This document shows positions 8,609-18,125 of a stretch of 64,000 nucleotides of DNA, in pieces (the stretch's first letter is position 1; every line of letters starts with the position of its first letter). The DNA comes from a virus. The translations under genes and the position numbers were made by a program. The notes under the pieces are model-generated. The model saw only the letters and a list, made by a program, of their open reading frames with translations. It was not told the origin of the DNA and made no database searches. The stretch spans positions 32,200-96,199 of the IMG/VR virus record IMGVR_UViG_3300031715_000002; one strand, written 5' to 3'.

Positions 8609-9292
8609 GTGAAGAAGACTTGCTGAGAGAGACGGCCAGCGGCAATCTCGCAGTACTTCTCTTCGATCTCGATGCCAATACCACGACGCCCAAGGTGCTT
8701 TGCTGCCACCATTGTTGTGCCGCTCCCCATGAATGGGTCCAGGACGGTTTCCCCCGGTCTGCTCCCCAACGAAACAAGCCATTTCATCCAACTGAGTGGC
8801 TTTGGGCAGTGGCTTTGGGCACGGATGCCCATTCTTCTCGCCGATGTCGGTGCTGGAGATGGCGATGGCCTTCGATCCCTTATGCAAATCGGGAGATGAA
8901 CCGTAGAACATGCAGTGGGCAAGCGACGAAAACCCCCAAGCATTCCGGCCACACGCAGCAGGAAGAAACACTCCACCAACGGCTGTGGGGCGGGGGAAGT
9001 CCCACATCATCGTGCCAGCGCAAAAAACGATGGCCCTCTCTGAGTGCTTTATCGCTGCGTCAACCACGGGCACGACCACACTCAAGAAGTTGGCATATGT
9101 GTCGTCGTATGATGCGTACTTCTGCTTGGCTAGGTATTGTGGACGCTTCTCCTTCGATGCGTCATGGTTGCCGAGATTCACGCCGTAAGGTGGGTCCGTC
9201 AATACCAGATGAACGGGTGCGAGTGCTGGTATAACGTCCCGGCTGTCGCCGTGGTAGATCGTAATTCCGTCCTGTTGGTAGTAAGGTTTCAA
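8521..9292 (-). pseudogene. DNA N4/N6 methyltransferase, frameshifted
   Basis: TDPPYG and HPCPKP in one frame, LDPFMGSGTT in another; 13-bp tandem duplication at 8796-8821. Confidence 0.9.
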
Positions 9293-9703
9293 ATGATGTC
9301 CTTGGCGGATTCCGCCGTGTTCAACCACGCTACATTCCGATTTTGCATAGACGAGTTATTGGGGAGAACAGAGTACGAAACTCCACAGTCAAATCCGAAT
9401 AGCCTTTTCAATTTGAATCAGCTTTTTCGCGGGAATCATACTCACGGTTCAGCCTTTCAATCTCAACCTCAAACGACATACCCCACAGAGCCTCGAACTT
9501 GTGCCGACCGAGGCGTTCTACTGAAAGCATCCCGGCTTGATGCCTTGCTGGCTTGCCAGAATGGGGTTCTTTGCCACTTTCCCGCCTCTGTGGGCCACGT
9601 TCGGCTCCCGGTTGAGGGATAATGGCACCCCCTCCCTTGCGCGTGGCATTGAGGCTTGTGCACTTCAGTGACTTTTTGCGGATCAGTGGCTTGCGGTGGG
9701 GAA

Positions 9704-10578
9704 TCATCTGGACGGCCAAAAACATTCGGCAATATGGAGCGAAAGAGGGAATGGGATTCTGGCGATCATGGCGCTGGCGGCCTTGCGCCGCGGTGAATTG
9801 CTCGGGAAGTGGGCAGCCACGTCGGGATCTGCTAACCATGCGCGTCCGGAGTGCCCCGGCTGCTTCACTCCGCTCACCGCCACCGCCGCGCTCTGAAACG
9901 AGCCTCCCGCCATCCCCTTCTCGTGCTGATGGAAGTTGAAGCCGTCCACCTTGACGTGCCCCTTGGCCGAAACAGACGCCATCCCGAACTCAAGCGGCCC
10001 GCTGCGCACGATGCGACCGCCCACGTCTTCCACATCGCCCCAGAGGTAGTACGAGCCGTAGTGCGCCTTCGCCCGGCCTACCCACGGCTGCGCGCCCTTA
10101 ACGTTCTCGACCACCATGGGGATATAGCGTGGCGCGAATTCGCATCCGTCAAGTTTCGTGGCAGGGTGATAAATTCCGCAGCGTGCGCAACCATACGCCT
10201 CCGTGGCCGCTTCGCTGGCCTCTCGCTGGATGCGGAAGCAGGCGTCGAACAGAGCATTAAGGCTCTCTAGGCGGTCGCCGAACGGAGAATCCCGCTCCCA
10301 CCTCTGCCACCGAACCTCCGCTTGGCCAGATTCCACGGCATGGCCATGTAGGAGTACCGCTGGCACGGAGGCGAAGCGACAATGCAGGCGGCATCGCGAA
10401 ACTGGCTACCATGGATCGTGCGAACATCCTGAAGCACCAACTCCGCGCCTTCAGGCACAGGCCCATGGTGCGGGCAGTGCTCAATATCAAACCCGATTGC
10501 TCTACCGCCAAGCGAGAGCCAGCCCGCGCTCCATCCGAAGCTGCCTGCAAACAGTTCGATCATTAGAGGCGGGTTCAC
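9704..10578 (-). pseudogene. DNA C5-cytosine methyltransferase, frameshifted
   Basis: ELFAGSFG and ASPPCQ in one frame, VVENVKGA and ARIPFPLS in the next; one base missing near 10320. Confidence 0.85.
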
Positions 10579-10606
10579 GCAAAGAGTTCCTGGTTCTTGC
10601 TCTTGC

Positions 10607-11167
10607 TCATCGTGAAGCCCTCCGTCTTGATTCAGAAATGCTGGCAGGGTCACCGAAACGCAGGCGCGGTGGTGGCGTGGCCATTACTGGCTCCGCTGGA
10701 ATAGCGAGCGGTTCGCATTTCTCGCCGACCATCACAGCATCGCAGAAGGCCGCAATGCGCTCTTTGCTTGCGTGCTGGCCGTCCCAGTCTCCACCGTACC
10801 TTGGACCTTCGCCACGATCCGGTGAATGGAAACTACACTGCCCGAATCCCGGCAAGTCCACATAGAGCACTTGGGATGCTCGCTCACCAAACACCACGGC
10901 TGGATCTTCTTTCCAACCCCAAACAAACCCGAGCGATTCGCCGTGTATGCTCAGCAAGCGGCACAGTTCTCCGAGGGACCATTGCTTTACGTCGTAGGCC
11001 GCGCGCCGCCATTTGCCACGGCGGTAATCCTTAGCCCGGCTGCTACGCTTCTGGCAACGGAACAAGGCCACGGCGATTTCGCCGAGTGTCCCGCGTGAAG
11101 CCAACTCAGCATAGTACGCTTTGGTGACTTGCCCGTCGTTCTGCGAGAAAACCTGTGCCGCTGTCAT
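10607..11167 (-). CDS. conserved hypothetical phage protein
   Basis: 186-aa ORF, ATGA-coupled; LYVDLPGFGQCSFH motif. Confidence 0.7.
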   Translation of the reverse strand: MTAAQVFSQNDGQVTKAYYAELASRGTLGEIAVALFRCQKRSSRAKDYRRGKWRRAAYDVKQWSLGELCRLLSIHGESLGFVWGWKEDPAVVFGERASQVLYVDLPGFGQCSFHSPDRGEGPRYGGDWDGQHASKERIAAFCDAVMVGEKCEPLAIPAEPVMATPPPRLRFGDPASISESRRRASR

Positions 11168-11730
11168 GATGGCCGCTCCACTTCAAGTACGTGTGTCAGA
11201 TGCCATCCGCCATTGGCCTTTGGCTCGCATTGCTTAAGGAGCCACGGCACAACACTATCGTGCCATTCGGACAACGGAACCCATCCACCAACGCTCATGC
11301 AATTCACATCGAAGATATTCGGCTCTTCACTTTGAATTGAGGAGTCAGCAACTATCCAGTGAGTGTGCCGATAGCGGACCAGAATCGGAACCCCCGGAGC
11401 CGTCCATGGGCCTTCCCATTGCACGCGCACCAATCCGAAGCGTGGCCAAGGGTGCAGGCCATCGTTGAACCAAGCCGTACCGCCTATCGCCTTACGTGGA
11501 CTCCAATTGAGTCCAAGACGGTTCAGGCACTCAAACATCAATGTTGGGTTGGTATACCCCTTACTCTCGAAATCGCCCATGTGGGGTCGCAGTGCGTCTG
11601 GGGTTAGCCCGGAAACAACAGCCAACGCCGCCGGGCCACAATTGAAACCCCACTCGTCGCCGGCGCGCTCTGCATCGGACAGCGTGAATCGTGGCGCTAC
11701 TAATCGAGAAACAATGCGTGCCGCTGCCAT
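11164..11730 (-). CDS. putative papain-like/C39-like fold protein
   Basis: NCGPAALA ... HTHWI ... IFDVN suggests a Cys-His-Asp triad. Confidence 0.5.
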   Translation of the reverse strand: MAAARIVSRLVAPRFTLSDAERAGDEWGFNCGPAALAVVSGLTPDALRPHMGDFESKGYTNPTLMFECLNRLGLNWSPRKAIGGTAWFNDGLHPWPRFGLVRVQWEGPWTAPGVPILVRYRHTHWIVADSSIQSEEPNIFDVNCMSVGGWVPLSEWHDSVVPWLLKQCEPKANGGWHLTHVLEVERPS

Positions 11731-11747
11731 ATGGACTTCAGCCTTTG

Positions 11748-12032
11748 TTATTTCGAGAACTGTTTGATTAAGCCCGCCATGTGGGCATCTATCTCAGTGA
11801 CTTCATGCACGTCGAAATTGACGTGAGCCTTTGCCGGATATGCCGCCATGAGAGCATCCAACGCCTGCTTATCTGGCACGGAAACCACAGCGTACTCGCC
11901 TGAGCCGTCCTTAAATCCGCCGATGCTCTGGAAGAATCTCTGGTTGGCCGAAAGCCACTCCGCAGCCTGATGAAAGGTTTCCGCAGTCGGGTTCGTACCC
12001 GGCTTTGGTGAAACGGTGATATGGAACGTCAT
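11748..12032 (-). CDS. hypothetical protein
   Basis: AGGAGG RBS; 94 aa. Confidence 0.65.
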   Translation of the reverse strand: MTFHITVSPKPGTNPTAETFHQAAEWLSANQRFFQSIGGFKDGSGEYAVVSVPDKQALDALMAAYPAKAHVNFDVHEVTEIDAHMAGLIKQFSK

Positions 12033-12057
12033 TGTTGCCTCCTCCTCTGAAAGTTAT

Positions 12058-12975
12058 TTATGCGGTGGCTCCGTAGTTTGGTACGCCTGGGAGTTGCGGC
12101 CCGTAAGGCAGCACCGGAACATCGTCCCAAGTACGAGCATCAAGCGTTCGCCCGGCTTTCTTTTTGTCTGCAAATCGCACCATCGGAGCGGCGATGTGAT
12201 AAGCAGCACCAGATATTGGAGCAAACTGTCCCCACTGCTTCCAAAGAAACGGCAGTGGCCACGGTCGTCCCATATCAGCGCGATTGCGGCAATCATCGCG
12301 AAGTTTTCTCGCCCAGTCCACTTGGCAGGGGCGCGCGCGAGGACCAGATTCGCCACCACCGATCACCCAATCGAAGTAAGGTAGCCATGAGTTGTAGTTT
12401 ATGACATGCGTATCCCGATAGGGCTGTGGTGTCCAATCCAACTCGCTTAGGAGCGGCTCGCACGATGCAAATATCAGTGATCCAGGGAAGACGCGCTGGA
12501 ATTGGATGATGTGTGGCATGCGCTCATCAAGTCGCCTTTGGTTCTCCAGCGTCACACCGAACATAGCATTACGCGGCCAATCTTTGTCCCAATAGGCAGG
12601 AAACATCCGTACCGCGTTCTCTGGGCGCTTCGTCAAAAATAGCCAAAGCAGATTCGGTGTGCTCACGGCAATATCGAACACGCGACGGCGTAGCGGCTCA
12701 AGTTCCTCGCGGTCCTCAAGCACGTCGCACATAGATCCACAGAACACGCGGTGCATAACGCCAAGTCTCTCAGCCGCCTTGTTCCATTTGAACGGCTGCT
12801 GCCAGTGATTCTCCCCGAAGAAACGGCGGTCTACATCTTGCCCCCAGACTTTCAGGCCAACCCGCTTTGAAAATGATTCGGCGTAGCAATTCTGGCATCC
12901 CTCGCTCACTTTGGTACATCCCCAGATCATGTTAAAAGTGTGCTCCGTCCATTCGATCTTTGAATTTTCGGCCAT
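12058..12975 (-). CDS. DUF5131 / phage Gp37-Gp68 family (radical-SAM-like)
   Basis: SKIEWT, GCTKVSEGCQNCYAE, LTKRPEN, SCEPLL, WVIGGGESG, KQWG. Confidence 0.92.
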   Translation of the reverse strand: MAENSKIEWTEHTFNMIWGCTKVSEGCQNCYAESFSKRVGLKVWGQDVDRRFFGENHWQQPFKWNKAAERLGVMHRVFCGSMCDVLEDREELEPLRRRVFDIAVSTPNLLWLFLTKRPENAVRMFPAYWDKDWPRNAMFGVTLENQRRLDERMPHIIQFQRVFPGSLIFASCEPLLSELDWTPQPYRDTHVINYNSWLPYFDWVIGGGESGPRARPCQVDWARKLRDDCRNRADMGRPWPLPFLWKQWGQFAPISGAAYHIAAPMVRFADKKKAGRTLDARTWDDVPVLPYGPQLPGVPNYGATA

Positions 12976-13487
12976 TACGCCCCCTTCGTTTCCGCACTCG
13001 GCACGCACACCACCAGATCGGCATCTGCCTTGCGCGCCAGACTGCCTCTGATTTCCTCCACCGGCTTCGCTTCAATGCGCTCGATTTCGCGTAGCGCCAC
13101 TTCCCGGAAGGTGGTTTCATACGCCGCGCACCAGCCCAACAGGGTGACTGCCACGCCGCCGGCCTCTTGCTGCGGTTGCCCCGCTGGGCGTCCGTAGACA
13201 TGGAAAATTTGCCGCATCACTGGGTCGAACGGGATGCCTTCTGCTTGCGCCAACTCGACTGCCTCTTCGAGCAAGCGGATGGCGCGCTCCTGCGGGGCAA
13301 TATGGTCCGCTCCGATGCGCGTGCGAATCCATTCGGCTACGCGGCGCTCAAGAAACCCAGAGGGCATCTCGCCTTCGATGATAATCGGCGCAGGCGACTT
13401 CAGGGATTCTATCTTTGTTGGCTCAAAACCGGCCATGCTGCCATCTTGCGCCTTGCTATCAAGGTATCGTTCGTATTCAGCGATCAT
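12975..13487 (-). CDS. MazG-like all-alpha NTP pyrophosphohydrolase-fold protein
   Basis: ERAIRLLEEAVELAQA ... QEAGGVAVTL. Confidence 0.55.
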   Translation of the reverse strand: MIAEYERYLDSKAQDGSMAGFEPTKIESLKSPAPIIIEGEMPSGFLERRVAEWIRTRIGADHIAPQERAIRLLEEAVELAQAEGIPFDPVMRQIFHVYGRPAGQPQQEAGGVAVTLLGWCAAYETTFREVALREIERIEAKPVEEIRGSLARKADADLVVCVPSAETKGA

Positions 13488-13711
13488 GCAAACAGCCCCA
13501 CCTTCTCGCCTTGCGCCGGCCGCACATCCCACCCGGCATGGTGATCCAATCCAGGCACAATCTCATATCCACGGACGCGCAGCCAGCCTTCCAACTCTTC
13601 GGTAGGCCGGTGCTGGCCAACCCACAGGTTCATGAACCAATCCGAAAGGCGGATGGCACGCTGCTTGCGGTTTACGAGGGCGAGTACGGATTCGGAGAGG
13701 ATGAGGTTCAT
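13484..13711 (-). CDS. hypothetical protein
   Basis: ATGA-coupled to neighbours. Confidence 0.55.
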   Translation of the reverse strand: MNLILSESVLALVNRKQRAIRLSDWFMNLWVGQHRPTEELEGWLRVRGYEIVPGLDHHAGWDVRPAQGEKVGLFA

Positions 13712-14259
13712 AAAACGCTCCGACTGCCAACTGCGGGGCAACTCACCGAATGCGGGACGATGCCCTGCTTGGCCAACTCGCGCGACGCGACCAACCTAGG
13801 CCCAGGTTCCTCTTGCCACTGCACCCGATTAGTTGCCACCAATGCCTTAGCAATTTCATCTACGCGGGCATTGAAGGCACGGCCCTCAGCCAGAATCTCT
13901 TTCCATGGCTTGCCGCACATGCAACAATCAGGCGCGAGCGAGATTGGCTGCGGAGGGCCGTATTTTTTCCGCCATTCCTTCTCTCGATCAATACGGACTT
14001 CTTCTTGTGCGGTAGTATTCGCATTCACCTGACGGATGATTTCTACGATGGTGGCGGGCGCAGGACACTCCTCACATTGATCAACCGCCATATCGACTAC
14101 CTGCCGTACAGCCGAGTCAGACTTGCATCCGCCCAGGAGCACGCGTTTGAATTCGGCGGCTCGCGCCTTCGCCTGCTCTGGAGAACTCTTGGCACCTGGC
14201 GCGAAAGGGATTTGCATCAACCTGGCAATTTGTTTGTTAATTCCGGCGTCATCAATCAT
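13708..14259 (-). CDS. replication accessory protein (helicase loader/inhibitor-like)
   Basis: Directly downstream of the initiator; CPAPATI motif. Confidence 0.45.
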   Translation of the reverse strand: MIDDAGINKQIARLMQIPFAPGAKSSPEQAKARAAEFKRVLLGGCKSDSAVRQVVDMAVDQCEECPAPATIVEIIRQVNANTTAQEEVRIDREKEWRKKYGPPQPISLAPDCCMCGKPWKEILAEGRAFNARVDEIAKALVATNRVQWQEEPGPRLVASRELAKQGIVPHSVSCPAVGSRSVL

Positions 14260-14260
14260 G

Positions 14261-15070
14261 CTATGCCTCTTCGATAATTTCGCTCATGGTTTTAGCGCGC
14301 GCTGGCCAACGCGAGGTCCACCCATCCTCCGCACATTGAGCCAACCAGCCCATTTTCCCGTTGGTACTGCCGGGGTTCATGATTGCCCCACGCGCCACGT
14401 CCGCAGACTTGCAATAGCTTTCCAGGCAAGCGAAAATGGCACCCTCGTTATCGGTGGAAACATACATCATCCACTCGCGCTCTACGCCAGCCCGGCCATA
14501 CTTCCTGGGGTAGAGTTCCCAGAATTCCTCAAAACGGCTGGATGCTGCGGTAGAGGGAATTTTACGCGCGGTTCCATTTGTATGTACTGTTGTGTTTTGT
14601 ACTGTTGTTCCTTGTACTGTTATGTCTTGTCCTGTAACGCCACTTTTTGCCAACGTGGTGGGATTTTCCGCCACTTCATCGGCAGATTCCGCCACTTCAT
14701 CGGCAGAATTTCCCAAAGCCTCTGTTTGCAGGGCTTCTAGCCATCCTATTTCGACCAATCGGGGGATTACCTCTTGGAATACTTGGGCTGGCAATCGGGA
14801 GATTCTCCCAAGGGAGCGGCAGATTCCGCCAATGCCTTGGGGGATTCCGCTAGGAAGAGTACCGCGATTTTCGCGCGGGGTTTGCTTTGCGGCGATCTCA
14901 ATTATAGCCACCCAAGCTCCGAAATGGGCCGCTCCGTTTGGATGGTCCACGAGGGCCGTATATCCTTCCCCGTCCATCTTTGTTGGAACTGCCACCCAAT
15001 CGAGGCGCTTTAGTTTTCGGCTGGCAGCGTTCTCAAAATCTCTATCCCAATTAGTTATGCGGTAGATCAC
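14261..15070 (-). CDS. phage replication initiator protein
   Basis: YRITNWDRDFEN...WVAVP N-terminus, low-complexity linker, FEEFWELYPRK C-terminal motif. Confidence 0.8.
   Translation of the reverse strand: MIYRITNWDRDFENAASRKLKRLDWVAVPTKMDGEGYTALVDHPNGAAHFGAWVAIIEIAAKQTPRENRGTLPSGIPQGIGGICRSLGRISRLPAQVFQEVIPRLVEIGWLEALQTEALGNSADEVAESADEVAENPTTLAKSGVTGQDITVQGTTVQNTTVHTNGTARKIPSTAASSRFEEFWELYPRKYGRAGVEREWMMYVSTDNEGAIFACLESYCKSADVARGAIMNPGSTNGKMGWLAQCAEDGWTSRWPARAKTMSEIIEEA
14583..14707. repeat. iteron-like repeats (candidate origin) inside the initiator gene
   Basis: TGTACTGTT at 15-bp period (x3-4) and an exact 21-bp tandem repeat TTCCGCCACTTCATCGGCAGA (14666-14707). Confidence 0.6.
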
Positions 15071-15191
15071 TTATCGGCCATCCCTCAATGGCTGTCAGCG
15101 GGAGCGGTATGAGGGTACCGCCCCGCTGCTGACATTTCCGTGGGCTTTCGCCCAACAGAACGCATTGTACCGCAACTCACGGTAGATTCAA
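15071..15191 (-). promoter_or_regulatory. promoter plus structured leader of the initiator gene
   Basis: TTGAAT-16-TACAAT; hairpin loop CCCTCA complementary to TGAGGG in the RBS hairpin loop. Confidence 0.65.
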
Positions 15192-15218
15192 AGCCAAAAA
15201 ATGGTGCTCCTGTGGCCC

Positions 15219-15410
15219 TCACGGCGCCACCTCCAGGAAATCCGCATGGAACTCCTCTGAGCGCTCCCTGCCATCAATCCGCACCGTTACCAACTCATTC
15301 CGCTGGCCAACCACGATAGCTCGCGTGAAGCGCTGGTCTACGAGCTTCTCTCTGGCCTCGTGGCTGAGCACGACGTGCTGGCGTGGACGGAAGCGCTTGG
15401 GAGGAGTCAT
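15219..15410 (-). CDS. small SH3/KOW-like hypothetical protein
   Basis: MTPPKRFRPRQHVV...FHADFLEVAP. Confidence 0.5.
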   Translation of the reverse strand: MTPPKRFRPRQHVVLSHEAREKLVDQRFTRAIVVGQRNELVTVRIDGRERSEEFHADFLEVAP

Positions 15411-15415
15411 GGAGT

Positions 15416-16255
15416 TTACGCAGGCGTGCCGTTCAGGATTGTGGTTTCGGTTGCTGCGGCAATCTGATTCACGATGGCCCTGAAGGCATCCCGTTCGATG
15501 TTGGCCGCGCGCCAGAGGTCGTACCACATGGCCAGTTTACCGGCCGCCAAGCGCCACCGGAGCCGCGCTACCACCTTGACCGGATCGCCGCCCTGGTAGA
15601 TCGGTATCTGGATGGTGAACGTCTCCGGCACGGCAAACTCACCCGCCGCGCCGCAGACGCCCTTGACCATCTCGTTGTAGCGGAACTTGATGCCCGCGTT
15701 GGTGCGGACGGCCGACTCGCAGTTGATTTCACCCGAGGCCACGATGGTCCGGGCGATCTCCAACATGGTGGCGGGCGCCGGGTCCACGATGTCTGGCGAG
15801 TTGTCTTCGATGAACTGAGCGAAGACATCCTGGGCCACCTGCTTGCCGTCCTGGCTAGTCCTCCACAGAATCCACTCATCCGATTTGCGGAGCGCGATTT
15901 CTATGGTGTGCTGGCACCAGCGCGGGACGGCCACACCGTATTCGTCTCCCAGGCCCTCATGGTAATCCAGCACCGCCTTGATCTGGCCGCTCTTTTCGTC
16001 CGCGAAGATACGGGAATCTCCATCGCTGAAATCGCCGAAGTACTTCACGAACGACAGCGCGTCGTGAAACTTCACATTGGCTTTGATGCGCGGGGGCCGC
16101 TCGCGCAGTTGCTCGTTGACGGGCAATTGGACCACAGAGTAGCCTAGCGGCGCGAGAACACTCGGAACACCCCCATCGAGCGATGAGGTAAACGTTTCCC
16201 CGGCGCGCGCCAGCGCCGCAATCTCTTGAATCGCTTCTTTGGTGATGTCAGCCAC
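15416..16255 (-). CDS. YfdQ / DUF2303 family protein
   Basis: SFVKY, AVLDYH, W-QH, FAQFIEDN, IPIYQGG, ARLRWRL. Confidence 0.9.
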   Translation of the reverse strand: MADITKEAIQEIAALARAGETFTSSLDGGVPSVLAPLGYSVVQLPVNEQLRERPPRIKANVKFHDALSFVKYFGDFSDGDSRIFADEKSGQIKAVLDYHEGLGDEYGVAVPRWCQHTIEIALRKSDEWILWRTSQDGKQVAQDVFAQFIEDNSPDIVDPAPATMLEIARTIVASGEINCESAVRTNAGIKFRYNEMVKGVCGAAGEFAVPETFTIQIPIYQGGDPVKVVARLRWRLAAGKLAMWYDLWRAANIERDAFRAIVNQIAAATETTILNGTPA

Positions 16256-16583
16256 GTGGTTCTCCTACGGAAGCACTCTTGCGGTCTGGCTCGAAGAGTT
16301 TCTGCTGGCGCGGGTCCTCGCGCGTCAGTGTGCCATCCTGAGCCAAGAAAAAGATGGAAGACCCGATGGAGAATTCTGGTTTCTTGACCTTGGAATCATA
16401 ATCGATCTTCATCTCAATCTGGCCGTCCTTCTGCTTTGATGGGCTAAGGGAAAACTTGATCGACATCTCCCCTTTCATATTGGTTTCCGCCACGGCCTCT
16501 ACCAACTCGGTGAATTTCCGGCTGATATCGATGGCCACATTACCGTCTCGCATCTCGGCTAAAACAGACAGAATGTCTGTCAT
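16248..16583 (-). CDS. YfdP-like protein
   Basis: Usual partner upstream of DUF2303; FFLAQDGTLTREDPRQ. Confidence 0.75.
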   Translation of the reverse strand: MTDILSVLAEMRDGNVAIDISRKFTELVEAVAETNMKGEMSIKFSLSPSKQKDGQIEMKIDYDSKVKKPEFSIGSSIFFLAQDGTLTREDPRQQKLFEPDRKSASVGEPRG

Positions 16584-16597
16584 TGTTTCCTCCTAAC

Positions 16598-17134
16598 CTA
16601 CTCCTGCTCCTTCAGCCACAACTCGAAGGCCTCTTCCAGCACCTGCTCCTGAGTGATCTTGCGGTAATCAAGGACCGCCTGAATCCGCGCTACGAAGGCC
16701 AGAGGGACCACGGCCAAACTCATATCTATGGTCGCCAAGCGTAGGGATGCTGGCCGCCCCGTGCGCCTGGGCTTCGGCGGATTAGCGCGGAAAGCCTCAA
16801 CCTCTACACGCTGGAAGATGTACTCTTGTCCACGAGCGTGCTTACGCCACGATGGCGTGAGTTTGCCAATGCGCACCATGCGACGAATCGTTCCATCGGA
16901 TATATCGAGGTACTCCGCCGCCTCACGCACCGTCATCACCGGGCTTGGGCTCGGCTCCTGATGGCTCATAGCCTCGAATCCTACGCCCCATTCCGGTGCA
17001 TCGGTCGGCAAACTCTCCATGGCCTTAGCGATTTCCTCGCGGGTTAGCCCGTTCATCCGGACGGCGAACTCTTGCTGCGTCATCCCTAAATCTCCATTCC
17101 GTGCCATCGGTGCCTTAGCCGTAGCAGTCATCAT
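16598..17134 (-). CDS. HTH_17 DNA-binding protein
   Basis: MTVREAAEYLDISDGTIRRMVRIGKL. Confidence 0.8.
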   Translation of the reverse strand: MMTATAKAPMARNGDLGMTQQEFAVRMNGLTREEIAKAMESLPTDAPEWGVGFEAMSHQEPSPSPVMTVREAAEYLDISDGTIRRMVRIGKLTPSWRKHARGQEYIFQRVEVEAFRANPPKPRRTGRPASLRLATIDMSLAVVPLAFVARIQAVLDYRKITQEQVLEEAFELWLKEQE

Positions 17135-17137
17135 GGG

Positions 17138-17617
17138 TTACCATTCCTCGAATCTCAAATCAGGGTACTTCGCCATGAACCACTTTGCCTTGATCCTGTA
17201 AGCATCTGGGCGAAATCCCTTGGCGTCCACGACCACCGTTTCACCGGTGGCTATTTCCTTGTACCGGAAGTCTGCAATATAGTACACCGGGCGCACGTGC
17301 TTTCCCCACTTCGTATCGAAGGAATCTTGAAGTGCAAAACGCGGCTGCACCTGGAGAGCGACAATGTGGCCGCACCGTTCCATGGCCAGCAGTTTTTGAT
17401 ACGCTTCCGCTTCTCGGATGCTCTGGAATACCGCACCGCCACTCATCCTGTAGGCCAGCACTTCTTTCCGGTTCTCAAATACCTGTCCCTCGGCAGAGAC
17501 GAACTTGTTGCCGTATTTCTCACGCTTCGGCAGAGCGGTGGCCGTGGTCTTTATGACATCAGGTTGCTTGAGCCTATCGAAGTGGGCCAGCACGTCTGAT
17601 TCTGTCCAGCCACTCAT
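17138..17617 (-). CDS. DUF1064 family PD-(D/E)xK nuclease
   Basis: KYGNK, FQSIREA, QPRFAL, YIADFRY, VVDAKG. Confidence 0.9.
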   Translation of the reverse strand: MSGWTESDVLAHFDRLKQPDVIKTTATALPKREKYGNKFVSAEGQVFENRKEVLAYRMSGGAVFQSIREAEAYQKLLAMERCGHIVALQVQPRFALQDSFDTKWGKHVRPVYYIADFRYKEIATGETVVVDAKGFRPDAYRIKAKWFMAKYPDLRFEEW

Positions 17618-17681
17618 TTCCGTCTCTTCCCCGCAGCAATTAGAGCGCCCTTTTTAACTGCTTCGAGTGCTTGTCCAAAGT

Positions 17682-18125
17682 TCATATTTTTACCCCCATC
17701 AACGCCAACTCCACCAGTGGCTCCCGGTGGTCACACTGCCCCACAGCCCGGCACACGGCACATGGCCGCTTGTAGGCAATCGCCAGCAGAGTCTTAACCC
17801 GGTTGGCCTGTAAAACGGCAGGAAGCGGGCTTTCCGTTCTCTCTGTGGGCATTGGGCGCGGCTTAGGCTCCTCCAATACCACCGGAGGGCCTACCGCGGC
17901 CTGGTGACAGTGGTAATGTACTACCGAGTGATCTATCCGCAGCGCTTCACTGGTGTCCCGCTGAGACAACCCCATGCTGCGTAACTGCTGGCACGCATCG
18001 CGGCGGGCGCGGGTGACTCTGCGCGAGCGTGCCCCTTGCAATATCGCGGATGGCAGCACGTTGTTGCGCCTGGCAACTGCGGCGATGATGCGCTCAACGC
18101 GGGACCGGGAAAGGCGGGTGGTCAT
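17682..18125 (-). CDS. DnaA-C-terminal-like HTH protein
   Basis: RSRRVTRARR...GLSQRDTSEALRIDHSVVHY. Confidence 0.7.
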   Translation of the reverse strand: MTTRLSRSRVERIIAAVARRNNVLPSAILQGARSRRVTRARRDACQQLRSMGLSQRDTSEALRIDHSVVHYHCHQAAVGPPVVLEEPKPRPMPTERTESPLPAVLQANRVKTLLAIAYKRPCAVCRAVGQCDHREPLVELALMGVKI

